From Sphingorhabdus sp. (GTDB lineage Bacteria; Pseudomonadota; Alphaproteobacteria; Sphingomonadales; Sphingomonadaceae), in assembly GCA_049663505.1 (NCBI GenBank), contig JBATDO010000112.1, forward strand, positions 1 to 53,482: a stretch of DNA of 53,482 nt. Direction: 5' to 3'. A program made the position numbers and the translations under genes. Shown here piece after piece: positions 20,027-28,929 of the stretch; the stretch's first letter is position 1; each line of letters starts with the position of its first letter. Under the pieces are notes generated by a model. The model was not told where the DNA came from. It did no database searches and worked only from the letters and a program-made list of their open reading frames with translations.

Positions 20027-20520
20027 ATTTTGTTTCCCATTTCTTTGTCCACGGCAAGCCAGTCTTTTGTCACAAATTTTTCCTGAATAGCGGTGCGCGT
20101 TTCGAGTAGACCATTTCGTATCCAATGCCACGTGCGGCAACGATTCTGGCCATCATCAGAAATCTGGATTTGTTCGTAAAGGTAGAGGGATGGATCGCCA
20201 GTGCGTTGCCAGTAAAGCATCACGGTACGGTTGTATTTGTCGAGAGGCACCTCTGCAGCCCAGCCGATGATAAGTTCATTATCCCACCAGACACGCTTAT
20301 CGCGAAACTCGGCAGGAAAATCACGGTGCTCGGTTTTACCATCGGGCCATGTGTAATAATTGGATTGATAATAGGGCACCGGGCCATTGTCTGGAAAACG
20401 GCACAGCAGGCGGGAGGCATGCTCGTCGATTTTTTCGTTTTGTGCATTGAAATAAGCATATGTGCCGTCCCACACGCCTTCATGGCGAGCCAGTAGCGGC
20501 ATTTCGTCCTTAATTCCCAT
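20023..20520 (-). CDS. DUF3598-like beta-barrel protein
   Basis: 165 aa; N-terminal HEGVWDGTY (calycin-type GxW), C-terminal LYEQIQIS...RCRTWHW. Confidence 0.7.
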   Translation of the reverse strand: MGIKDEMPLLARHEGVWDGTYAYFNAQNEKIDEHASRLLCRFPDNGPVPYYQSNYYTWPDGKTEHRDFPAEFRDKRVWWDNELIIGWAAEVPLDKYNRTVMLYWQRTGDPSLYLYEQIQISDDGQNRCRTWHWIRNGLLETRTAIQEKFVTKDWLAVDKEMGNKI

Positions 20521-21898
20521 CGTTGGTCCTTTGTCTCGTGTTGAGCGCCAGATGATATTGTTTGGCTGCGCGGGCATTTAACAGTTCGAGATGCTTTTCT
20601 GCTAATTTCTCAGGAAGCAGAACTGTTTGGTCAAACGCCCTGTTATGAAGGTTGTCCGCCTTGTACCACGGCTCGTAAATTTCCATTGCCCTGACGATCT
20701 GCCAAGCCTTCGTTAGATAATTGCCAAAACGGTCCGGCGATAGATCGGGGTATAGCAATTCCGGATCGCCCTTCGGCGGATTAGCAAAAAGGAGCGATTT
20801 CGTTTCCAGTTTTGTCGCCACTTGATTGATGACGGCTTGCCACTCATCCCAAGTCACAGGGGGTTCTCCGGTCCAGTCATCCGACATCCCGTGCCCTGGC
20901 AGGTCAATCGCGATACTGTCGCTAGAAATGGCTTCGTCGATAGCTGAACCAGGTGCGTGGAGGACAAGTGCGCAAGCGCCTTGGTTGCCGCGCCAGTGGA
21001 TTAAACCTGTAAATTGCTCGGTTTCGATTTCAATAAAACCCTCGTCGTGTGCTTGGTTCAACGGACAGCAAGCCACCTGCTGCATTTCCCGCAAATGGGT
21101 CAGGCTCACCATCAGATGTTCTTCTGGGGTTGCCACTTTGAGAGCTGACCAAGTCGGAGGCATTTTGCCTAGCCGGTCAATATGCTCTTGTAACGGGTCT
21201 CCGTCATAAGCGCTAATCAGGCAAGGTGGCATTTCGGCGTTAATTTCCGGAATATCCCGCGGCGCGCGAAGCACAGCACCATAGCCGGCCTGATAAGCAT
21301 TCCCGGCATCCAGCATGTCTCTTATCACCGCATCCACGCGCGTTGGGTCGTCATGAGCAAAGGACAGCCGGTGATGATCATCGGTCGCAAACCAAGGAAA
21401 GAACCAAGACTGTTCCAATATTCGGTTCCATAGCCAAGTCAGATGTTCGCCATAACTCGAAGGGTGGAATTCAGGCAGATATTTCTCGCCGAACAGCGCC
21501 GCCTCCTCCTTCGACCAGATTGCATAACCGCCAACGGCCAGCGTGGTGATTCGATTCGGGTGACGCTTTACTGCAGTAACGAGAATGATTCCGCCGGAGT
21601 GAAAACCGTAAGCCGCACATTTCTCAATACCGATGGCGTCCAGAAATTCGATTATCGCATCGGCATATTCATTGATTTCGTGATTCCCTGGCAAAGGAAC
21701 AGACTGTCCGAAACCAGGGGTGTCCGGCGCGATACAAGTAAAATGGGCTGACCATTTCTTCATTAACGCTTCATATTCTTTCGAACTGCGCGGACTCTGG
21801 TGGACCAACAATAGCGGCGGGCCACTTCCCGCCCTACGATAGTGGATACGGCGCGTATTGCCGTCCTTTACGGCATCAATGAAATGACGTGTGATCAT
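20510..21898 (-). CDS. Alpha/beta-hydrolase-fold protein with a second degenerate hydrolase domain
   Basis: IHYRRAGSGPPLLLVH, APDTPGFGQS, GFHSG; second IDLPGHGMSD; start taken at 21898 because the longer ORF overlaps the divergent gene. Confidence 0.85.
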   Translation of the reverse strand: MITRHFIDAVKDGNTRRIHYRRAGSGPPLLLVHQSPRSSKEYEALMKKWSAHFTCIAPDTPGFGQSVPLPGNHEINEYADAIIEFLDAIGIEKCAAYGFHSGGIILVTAVKRHPNRITTLAVGGYAIWSKEEAALFGEKYLPEFHPSSYGEHLTWLWNRILEQSWFFPWFATDDHHRLSFAHDDPTRVDAVIRDMLDAGNAYQAGYGAVLRAPRDIPEINAEMPPCLISAYDGDPLQEHIDRLGKMPPTWSALKVATPEEHLMVSLTHLREMQQVACCPLNQAHDEGFIEIETEQFTGLIHWRGNQGACALVLHAPGSAIDEAISSDSIAIDLPGHGMSDDWTGEPPVTWDEWQAVINQVATKLETKSLLFANPPKGDPELLYPDLSPDRFGNYLTKAWQIVRAMEIYEPWYKADNLHNRAFDQTVLLPEKLAEKHLELLNARAAKQYHLALNTRQRTNDGN

Positions 21899-21908
21899 GT
21901 CGCCCAAT

Positions 21909-21934
21909 TTGTCCGGACAAATATATCTAGACAA
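21909..21934. promoter_or_regulatory. Putative GntR/HutC operator TTGTCCGGACAA plus degenerate tandem copy ATATCTAGACAA
   Basis: Perfect palindrome at 21909-21920 in the 84-bp divergent gap; second weak site at 21923-21934. Confidence 0.85.
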
Positions 21935-21982
21935 GTCTTTTTTGCAGATTATTGTAATTTTATTGAATTCGGAGAAAAATAG

Positions 21983-22663
21983 ATGACGCCAATCGGTACG
22001 AAAATGGTCGAAGATGGTCGCACTGCTCGGGAAATATTTGATGAGGTGATCGGTAATCCGGCGCGTAATAAATTCGGCTTTGGCGAGAAACTCGCAATCG
22101 TCAACGTCGATATGCAGCAAGCTTATACGCGAACCGATATGTTTAAGACGGCCTATGAGACTGATCCGAAGCAAATTGACTATATCAACCAGATTTCGGC
22201 GCTGGCTCGAGCAAAGGACTTGCCGGTGATCTGGTCACGCGTGGCTTACAAGGACGACGCTAGCGACGCCGGTATATGGGGAACGCGGACAGATACCGAA
22301 GATTCGCTGCAGCGAATTAAATATGCTTCAGAGCGCCACAGGTTCGATCCGCGCTGTGAAATTGGCGACGCAGATCTGCAATATACGAAGCGCATGCCAA
22401 GCGCATTTTTCGAAACGCAGCTTGCCAGCTATTTGGTGTGGCACAAAGTCGATACGGTGGTCGTTACCGGCGGTTCGACATCTGGCTGCGTCCGAGCGAC
22501 AGCGGTTGATGCGCTTAGTCACGGCTATCGCACCATTGTCCCAATTGAAACCTGCGCTGACAAGCATGAAAGCTATCATTTTGCTAATTTGACCGATTTA
22601 CAGATCAAATATGCCGATGTCGAGCCGGTGCAAGTAGTGATTGATTGGTTGGAGGCGAGATAG
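21983..22663 (+). CDS. Isochorismatase-family amidohydrolase (maleamate amidohydrolase/N-carbamoylsarcosine amidase-like)
   Basis: Asp-Lys-Cys triad: VDMQ, KRMPSAFF, STSGCVRATAVDA. Confidence 0.9.
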   Translation: MTPIGTKMVEDGRTAREIFDEVIGNPARNKFGFGEKLAIVNVDMQQAYTRTDMFKTAYETDPKQIDYINQISALARAKDLPVIWSRVAYKDDASDAGIWGTRTDTEDSLQRIKYASERHRFDPRCEIGDADLQYTKRMPSAFFETQLASYLVWHKVDTVVVTGGSTSGCVRATAVDALSHGYRTIVPIETCADKHESYHFANLTDLQIKYADVEPVQVVIDWLEAR

Positions 22664-23556
22664 TGAGCGAGGGGCAAAAGTCAGATCCCGGTCTCTACGA
22701 TTATCAAGCCTATCGTAATCGTCCCAAAATCGAATGGCCGGACGGTAAAGCCTGCGCGGTATGGATAGCGCCCAATATGGAGTTTTACGAGCTGGACCCA
22801 CCGGTCAATCCGCACCGCAAGAGCTGGTCGAAGCCATATCCCGACGTTATCGGCTATTCCCACCGAGATCATGCTAATCGGGTTTCCCACTGGCGGATGG
22901 CCGACATGATGACCAAGCATGGCTTTCCGGGATCTGTGAGTCTGTCGGTGGCGCTTTGTGATCATATTCCTGAAGTCGTTGAGGACGCACGCCAGCGTGG
23001 CTGGGAGTTTTTCAGCCATGGTATCTACAACACCCGCTATTCTTACGGTATGGACGAAGCGCAGGAGCGCGCGATTATCGAAGATTCCATGGCAACCGTC
23101 GAACGCGCTACTGGCCAGCGCATACGCGGCTGGCTGGCGCCTGCACTGACGCACACCTCTCGAACTCTGGACCTGATTGCCGAATATGGCCTTGATTATA
23201 CCTGTGATCTGTATCACGATGATCAACCCACCAATATCAACGTCAAATCAGGGCAGCTGACTGCCATCCCCTACAGCCTTGAGGTCAATGACCATTACGG
23301 CTTTTTCGTCTACAATATGAGCCCCCGCGAATATGCCGATACGCTGATCCGGCAATACGACCGTCTGGCTGAGGAAGGCGCGCAATCGGGGACGGTCATG
23401 TGCATTCCTCTGCACAGCTATCTAATCGGGCAGCCGCACCGAATTGGGCCGTTTGAGGCAGTGCTGGAACATATTGCCGCCGATGGCCGCGCCTGGATCA
23501 CCAAGGCCGGAGACATTGTTGATGCATTTCGCGCGCAAACGGGAGGGAAATCATGA
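22663..23556 (+). CDS. Polysaccharide deacetylase family, PuuE-like amidohydrolase
   Basis: WPDGK, EFFSHG, RGWLAP, DDQP, PYSLEVND, LHSYLIGQPHR. Confidence 0.88.
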   Translation: MSEGQKSDPGLYDYQAYRNRPKIEWPDGKACAVWIAPNMEFYELDPPVNPHRKSWSKPYPDVIGYSHRDHANRVSHWRMADMMTKHGFPGSVSLSVALCDHIPEVVEDARQRGWEFFSHGIYNTRYSYGMDEAQERAIIEDSMATVERATGQRIRGWLAPALTHTSRTLDLIAEYGLDYTCDLYHDDQPTNINVKSGQLTAIPYSLEVNDHYGFFVYNMSPREYADTLIRQYDRLAEEGAQSGTVMCIPLHSYLIGQPHRIGPFEAVLEHIAADGRAWITKAGDIVDAFRAQTGGKS

Positions 23557-24473
23557 GTCTCGATCCCGGATATCTTGTATATACCAAACGACGCCGCGGA
23601 ATGGACCATGACCTCTATCCTTATTCGAACATGCACCAGCGACCGCCGGTCAGTTGGCCGAATGACAACAAGCTGCTGATTTGGCCAGTCATCAGTCTGG
23701 AATATTTTCCGATGGTGCCAAGCGACGAGCCGTTTCGGGCGCCGGGTCATATGCAAACAGCCTATCCCGATTATCGCCACTATACAGCACGGGAATATGG
23801 CACGCGGATCGGGATATACCGCCTGCTCGGCGTGTTCGAAAAAGTGAGTGCGAAGATTTCTGTCGCTGCCAACAGCATAATAGTAGAGAGATATCCGCAG
23901 CTAATTGAAGACATCATGGCAGCCGGTCACGAAATCATTGCCCATAGCAATGATATGAACGGCACGATTGCTAGCGGTATGGTTGAAGTTGATGAGCAGG
24001 CTTTAATAAATGCTTCGCTCGGCACGTTCGAAACGATGACAGGCACTCGTCCCCGTGGTTGGCTGTCCATTGCCCAGTCGCAGAGCTTCAATACTGCAAG
24101 GTTGCTCGCCGAAGCCGGCGTTGAATATATGTGCGATTGGGTAAATGATGAACTGCCCTACGTATTTCAGACGGATGCCGGAGAAATCATCAATATTCCG
24201 CTGAACCACGAACTATCGGATCGTCAAATCATCAACGTGCAGCAACAATCGGTGGATAGCTATGCGCAGTCGATGAATGATGCCGCTAACTGGCTTTTAA
24301 GCGAAGCGGAAACTCACGGCGGTCGGATGTTGCCGATGCATATTACGCCGTACATCATGGGATTGCCATACCGGATAGCAGCTTTCGAGCAGTTAATTGC
24401 TGATTTCGCGGACCGGGATGGGGTCATCTTTGCTCGAGGTGATGAAATATTAGATGCTTGGAAGGCCCGATAA
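23553..24473 (+). CDS. Polysaccharide deacetylase family, PuuE-like protein
   Basis: REYG.RIGIYRL, HEIIAHS, RGWLS, DWVNDELP; ATGA overlap. Confidence 0.87.
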   Translation: MSLDPGYLVYTKRRRGMDHDLYPYSNMHQRPPVSWPNDNKLLIWPVISLEYFPMVPSDEPFRAPGHMQTAYPDYRHYTAREYGTRIGIYRLLGVFEKVSAKISVAANSIIVERYPQLIEDIMAAGHEIIAHSNDMNGTIASGMVEVDEQALINASLGTFETMTGTRPRGWLSIAQSQSFNTARLLAEAGVEYMCDWVNDELPYVFQTDAGEIINIPLNHELSDRQIINVQQQSVDSYAQSMNDAANWLLSEAETHGGRMLPMHITPYIMGLPYRIAAFEQLIADFADRDGVIFARGDEILDAWKAR

Positions 24474-25897
24474 TGAAAATTCGCAATCCCCGGACCGGGG
24501 AAGATGACTATGAAATTGCACCGCTTGATCAGAGATCGGTCGCGTTCGAAGCACAAAGACTCCGGAAAGGTCAGGTTTATTGGTCTGCAAAAACTCCAAA
24601 GCAGCGGGGAGAGGTTCTGATCCAATGGGCGCATGCGATTGAAGCCAGCATGGGAAATGTTATCCCGGCGTTGACGGCTGATACAGGCCGCGCCGGAATT
24701 TCGAAGATTGAAGCGGCCAGCGTTCCGGCACAAATCCGGCGATGGGCGGAGCAGGCGCCTCAGCTGATAGCTGCTGGACAGCCAACGGGTCAACAGACCT
24801 CGAATGCGTCAATTACGACGTCAACCCATCTGGTGCCATATCAACTGATAGGCGTGATCAGTCCCTGGAACTTTCCGATGATTTTGGCATTGATTGATGC
24901 GATTCCGGCGTTGATGGCAGGCTGCGCAGTTCTGGTCAAACCGTCGGAGGTTACGCCGCGTTTCATCGGACCGCTGATGGAAACTGTACGGTCCATTCCG
25001 GAACTGGCAGCCGTGCTTTCCATTATTGAAGGTGACGGGACAACCGGCGCAGCGATGATTAGCAATGTTGATTATATCTGCTTCACTGGTTCAGTTCGCA
25101 CAGGCAGAAGGGTAGCCGAGGCCGCAGCAGCGGTGTTCATTCCGGCGAGTCTGGAATTGGGCGGCAAGGATCCAATGATTATATTGGCTGATGCCGACCC
25201 GGAAAAGGCGGCCGCTATCGCGCTCCGCTCCAGCCTAGTCAATACCGGTCAGGCCTGTCAATCAATCGAACGTATTTATATTGCCAGAGAGATCTCAGGC
25301 CCGTTTCTGGAGAGCCTTGTTCAACAAGGCGAAACTGTGAAATTCAATTATCCCAATATTGAGGAAGGTCATATCGGACCATTTATCTTTGAAAAGCAGG
25401 CAGAGATTGCGCAGGCGCAGATAGATGATGCAGTTGCCAAAGGTGCAAAACTGCTTGCTGGAGGCAAATTGGAAAAACTTGGTGGTGGCTTATATCTGAA
25501 GCCAACCATCTTGATCGACGTTACACCAGAAATGGACGTTATAGCTAAAGAGAACTTTGGGCCGGTTTTACCGGTAACAATTTTTGATAATACCGAAGAT
25601 GCAATCGCGCAGGCCAATGCCACTGTGTTTGGGCTTTCTGCCGCGGTCATATCAGGATCGATAGATGAGGCAGAAAAGGTTGCATCACGGCTCAATGCAG
25701 GAGCAGTGTCCATCAACGATGGCGCGCTCACTTCAATGATCTGGGAAGCAGAGAAATCAAGTTTTGGTTTATCTGGTCTTGGTGCATCCCGCATGGGAAC
25801 AAGCGGTCTGATGCGCTTTTTTCGCAAACGTGTCCTCATCCGCCAGTCGGGTGAAGCAGCGCAAATTACCGCCTTTGCTGAGGAGAATTTTGCATGA
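24473..25897 (+). CDS. Aldehyde dehydrogenase
   Basis: ISPWNFP, KPSE, FTGS, LELGGKD, GQAC, ENFGP. Confidence 0.95.
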   Translation: MKIRNPRTGEDDYEIAPLDQRSVAFEAQRLRKGQVYWSAKTPKQRGEVLIQWAHAIEASMGNVIPALTADTGRAGISKIEAASVPAQIRRWAEQAPQLIAAGQPTGQQTSNASITTSTHLVPYQLIGVISPWNFPMILALIDAIPALMAGCAVLVKPSEVTPRFIGPLMETVRSIPELAAVLSIIEGDGTTGAAMISNVDYICFTGSVRTGRRVAEAAAAVFIPASLELGGKDPMIILADADPEKAAAIALRSSLVNTGQACQSIERIYIAREISGPFLESLVQQGETVKFNYPNIEEGHIGPFIFEKQAEIAQAQIDDAVAKGAKLLAGGKLEKLGGGLYLKPTILIDVTPEMDVIAKENFGPVLPVTIFDNTEDAIAQANATVFGLSAAVISGSIDEAEKVASRLNAGAVSINDGALTSMIWEAEKSSFGLSGLGASRMGTSGLMRFFRKRVLIRQSGEAAQITAFAEENFA

Positions 25898-26907
25898 GAG
25901 CCTATGAGGTCGGTCCGCAATCCGGACTGGACAGTCTCCGCCTCGTTGAGCGTGATGCACCAAAACCCGGCTTCGGTGAGGTCGCCGTCAAAGTTCATGC
26001 TGCTTGTTTAAACCATCGGGATCTTCTGACATTGAAGGGGGAATATGGTCCAACAAAAGCGGAAAATCGTATACCCTTGTCTGACGGCATCGGAAGCGTA
26101 ATAGCTCTCGGCGATAATGTGGAGGGAATTTCTACAGGCCAGCGAGTTGTCGCGCCCAATTTTGTTACCTGGATTAAAGGAGAGTTTACACCGGCAATTT
26201 ATGCGCAAGATCTTGGGATTAGCCGCGATGGCTGGCTGGCGGAGACGATAATATTACCGGCGGATGCTGTGTTAGCTGTACCGGAAAATGTGACGGATGA
26301 CGCTGCTGCAACTATCGCGGTTGCCGGTAGCACAATTTGGCACTGTATGGTCTCTTTTGGTGGTCTGAAAAAAGATGATCTGGTGCTCACCCTCGGGACA
26401 GGAGGTGTCTCCATATTAACGCTACAAGTTGCAAAAGCCCTCGGGGCACAAGTTGCAATCACGTCTTCAAGCGATTACAAGCTGGACCGTTGCAAAAATA
26501 TGGGTGCAGACTTTTGCATCAATTACAGTGATGATGATGATTGGGCTGCCGCCCTTATGGCTGCAACTGGCGGGCGCGGGGCGAATATTGTTGTCGACAC
26601 CGCCGGTCTTAACTCCATTGAACAGAGTATCGCCGCTTGCGCGTCAAACGGTCGAATTGCCATGATTGGTGCATTATCCGGCAAACCGCAAATGGCACCG
26701 CAAATGGCTGGCATCATTGGCAAGAATCTGACATTGAAAGGCATTACTGCTGGCAGCAGAGCGATGCTTTGTGATGTTGTAGATCTGGTGGCTCGCGAAA
26801 GCATAGAGCCGCTGATCGACAGAAAATTCACCTTCGACGAAGCGCCCGCAGCCTTTGCCTATCTGGAAAGCGGTGATCATATAGGCAAGGTGATGATTAC
26901 ACTTTAA
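25894..26907 (+). CDS. Zinc-type alcohol dehydrogenase-like/MDR NAD(P)-dependent oxidoreductase
   Basis: LNHRD, IPLSDG.G, LGTGGVS, HIGKVMI. Confidence 0.9.
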   Translation: MRAYEVGPQSGLDSLRLVERDAPKPGFGEVAVKVHAACLNHRDLLTLKGEYGPTKAENRIPLSDGIGSVIALGDNVEGISTGQRVVAPNFVTWIKGEFTPAIYAQDLGISRDGWLAETIILPADAVLAVPENVTDDAAATIAVAGSTIWHCMVSFGGLKKDDLVLTLGTGGVSILTLQVAKALGAQVAITSSSDYKLDRCKNMGADFCINYSDDDDWAAALMAATGGRGANIVVDTAGLNSIEQSIAACASNGRIAMIGALSGKPQMAPQMAGIIGKNLTLKGITAGSRAMLCDVVDLVARESIEPLIDRKFTFDEAPAAFAYLESGDHIGKVMITL

Positions 26908-27659
26908 CGCTTTAACTCGACCAGTTCGTACCAGGTCATCATATAGCCTCCGACTCCGCCCTGAACGAATATGCCATCCTTATCATCAGTGATCCAGATA
27001 TCATAAGGCGGATGCTCACCCGCCATGCCGCCAGTGCCAGGCACAATGCTGGCGTCATCGATAAACTGGAGATGTTTGCACTGGAATGTTCCAGCTGGAA
27101 CGGTGACTTCTTCTTTGCCCAAATAGAGCGCGCCAATCTTTACCTGTGCGATTTGCGGCGGCGTCGCGCCGCGATGATCGGGCGAGGGTAGGTAGCAGTT
27201 GAGTAAACGTGACTGGCCCTCAGTCCACTCCATCGTGGACAGCATGAACCCGTCGGATACTATCGGGTGCGTGCCGAAACCGGTGAGTGGCAATTCCGCT
27301 GCAACCCTCTGCGAGAGCCGCCCTATCGCTGGGCCAAAACTTTCCATTTCAATATGGGTGCCGTCAAAATGCATCCATCCTGAACCGGTAAATTCATCGC
27401 CTACAGTAAGGCGGACGTGCAAATCCATTGGTTGCCGGTTTTCGTCCATCGCGTAAATGATGTCACGCATAACCGTTGGGTCCGGTTCGTAAATTTCGCA
27501 ATGCGCCCGCATTGTTGCCTTACCGTCACTATGATGGGTAAACATGAAAGTCTCAAAGCCACGATTTTGGCCATTCATCTCCGGCTTGCGGGAAGTATAT
27601 TCAAGGCGTCCTTCAATAATGCGATGCTTCATGGATCGATTCTCCTCATCCGTTGTCAT
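26904..27659 (-). CDS. Conserved hypothetical protein ('SPDHRGAT' family, paralogue of 1721..2455)
   Basis: 251 aa ORF; motifs shared with 1721..2455; alternative start at 27632. Confidence 0.8.
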   Translation of the reverse strand: MTTDEENRSMKHRIIEGRLEYTSRKPEMNGQNRGFETFMFTHHSDGKATMRAHCEIYEPDPTVMRDIIYAMDENRQPMDLHVRLTVGDEFTGSGWMHFDGTHIEMESFGPAIGRLSQRVAAELPLTGFGTHPIVSDGFMLSTMEWTEGQSRLLNCYLPSPDHRGATPPQIAQVKIGALYLGKEEVTVPAGTFQCKHLQFIDDASIVPGTGGMAGEHPPYDIWITDDKDGIFVQGGVGGYMMTWYELVELKR

Positions 27660-27687
27660 GCCATTGCATTTTTATCTTGCCAAGTAT

Positions 27688-27705
27688 AATTTGTCCGGAC
27701 AAATT
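27688..27705. promoter_or_regulatory. Putative GntR/HutC operator, perfect 18-bp palindrome AATTTGTCCGGACAAATT
   Basis: In the divergent gap 27660-27747, overlapping a TATAAT at 27685-27690. Confidence 0.88.
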
Positions 27706-27747
27706 CAAGCTAGAAAAAATTAGCCGGATCAGGTGAGGAAAAAAGCA

Positions 27748-28440
27748 ATGGAATTTCTGATGACGAACGAACTCAGCATTTTGCGCTGGGTGCATATATT
27801 GGCGATGGTATATTGGCTCGGCGGCGAATGGGGCGTGTTCCAGACCAGTTATAATGTGACCAATCGCGAACTTTCGCTGGAAGAACGCAAGCGGCATATG
27901 GAGACTGCCTATCGTATCGACATATTGGCGAGGACAGGCATTGTACTCCTGCTACCGCTCGGCCTGCACATGGGAAAGATTTACGGTTTTGTGCCATTTC
28001 TTGTTGGACCAGGAATCTGGTGGATGTGGCTGTTTTTTTCGATCTGGCTTGCGATGACCTGGATGGCATTTATCAAGCGTGAAACGGCAATTGGTATCAA
28101 GGTGACCATGCTGGAAGAAAAATTGCGTTACCCACTTATCGCGACTCTGTTCATTGTGGCGTTCATGGCGTTTGACGGGAACGGACCGATTGTTACTGGC
28201 GAGGGGAGCCACTGGTACCCCGCAAAAATGGCGCTCTATGCTTTTGCGCTGTGCATTGGTCTTTTTCTACGTCTAGTGATGCGGCGCTGGACCACGCGCT
28301 TTCAAATCCTGGCACGGGGACCAAATGCCGCAGAGGAGACTGCACTGGAAAGGGAAATCGCGCAGGCTCGGATTTCTGCCTATATTTACTGGATTACGAT
28401 TTCCGGAGTGTGTTTCCTCGGAGCAGTCAAGCCTTTCTGA
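27748..28440 (+). CDS. Integral membrane protein, HemJ/DUF2269-like (paralogue 4 of 4)
   Basis: HILAMVYWLGGEWGVFQTSY, WYPAK, C-terminal KPF; closest to 7759..8451; RBS GAGGA. Confidence 0.8.
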   Translation: MEFLMTNELSILRWVHILAMVYWLGGEWGVFQTSYNVTNRELSLEERKRHMETAYRIDILARTGIVLLLPLGLHMGKIYGFVPFLVGPGIWWMWLFFSIWLAMTWMAFIKRETAIGIKVTMLEEKLRYPLIATLFIVAFMAFDGNGPIVTGEGSHWYPAKMALYAFALCIGLFLRLVMRRWTTRFQILARGPNAAEETALEREIAQARISAYIYWITISGVCFLGAVKPF

Positions 28441-28566
28441 ACTTTACAACCACAGTTCCAAGTCCATCGAACTTCCGCTATAGTGCGTCGAAAATTTCCG
28501 ACGATAGCGGAAGTTCATCAGGCTTGGCGCAAAAGAAGTCAATTTGAGATTATCAGATTAGGCGAG

Positions 28567-28929
28567 TCAAATCTCCATCATCTCGCGGCTGATTTCCTCA
28601 ACCGGCTGATCAGGATTTTCCAACTCCTGCAGCATTTGATGCGGTCCCCGCATCACGCGATAAATATACTCGCGGATCATCAGTCCCCGTTCATAGGCCG
28701 CCTGCTTGTCCGGCGTGTATTCGTCGATATCTTTACGGGTGACCGTACCTTTGGACTCAAGAAGCCGTTCAACGGTATCCATCCTTTCCCGCAGCACGGA
28801 CACTTCACCGACTACGGCCATCAGGATTGAAAGTAACCGCTCGTCTTGCGGATCGTTAAAAAAATCCGGACGTTTGCCTTTTGCGCGTTTATTGGCTGCG
28901 GCCATCCAGTCAAATACTGTGTCGGTCAT
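28567..28929 (-). CDS. Small hypothetical helical protein
   Basis: 120 aa ORF coupled (ATGA) to the methyltransferase; AKGKRPDFF...EVSVLRERMDTVERLL. Confidence 0.8.
   Translation of the reverse strand: MTDTVFDWMAAANKRAKGKRPDFFNDPQDERLLSILMAVVGEVSVLRERMDTVERLLESKGTVTRKDIDEYTPDKQAAYERGLMIREYIYRVMRGPHQMLQELENPDQPVEEISREMMEI

Noticed and set aside
21899..22174. 92-aa N-terminal extension of the alpha/beta hydrolase ORF
   Set aside because: Runs through the operator and overlaps the divergent isochorismatase; homology starts at 21898.
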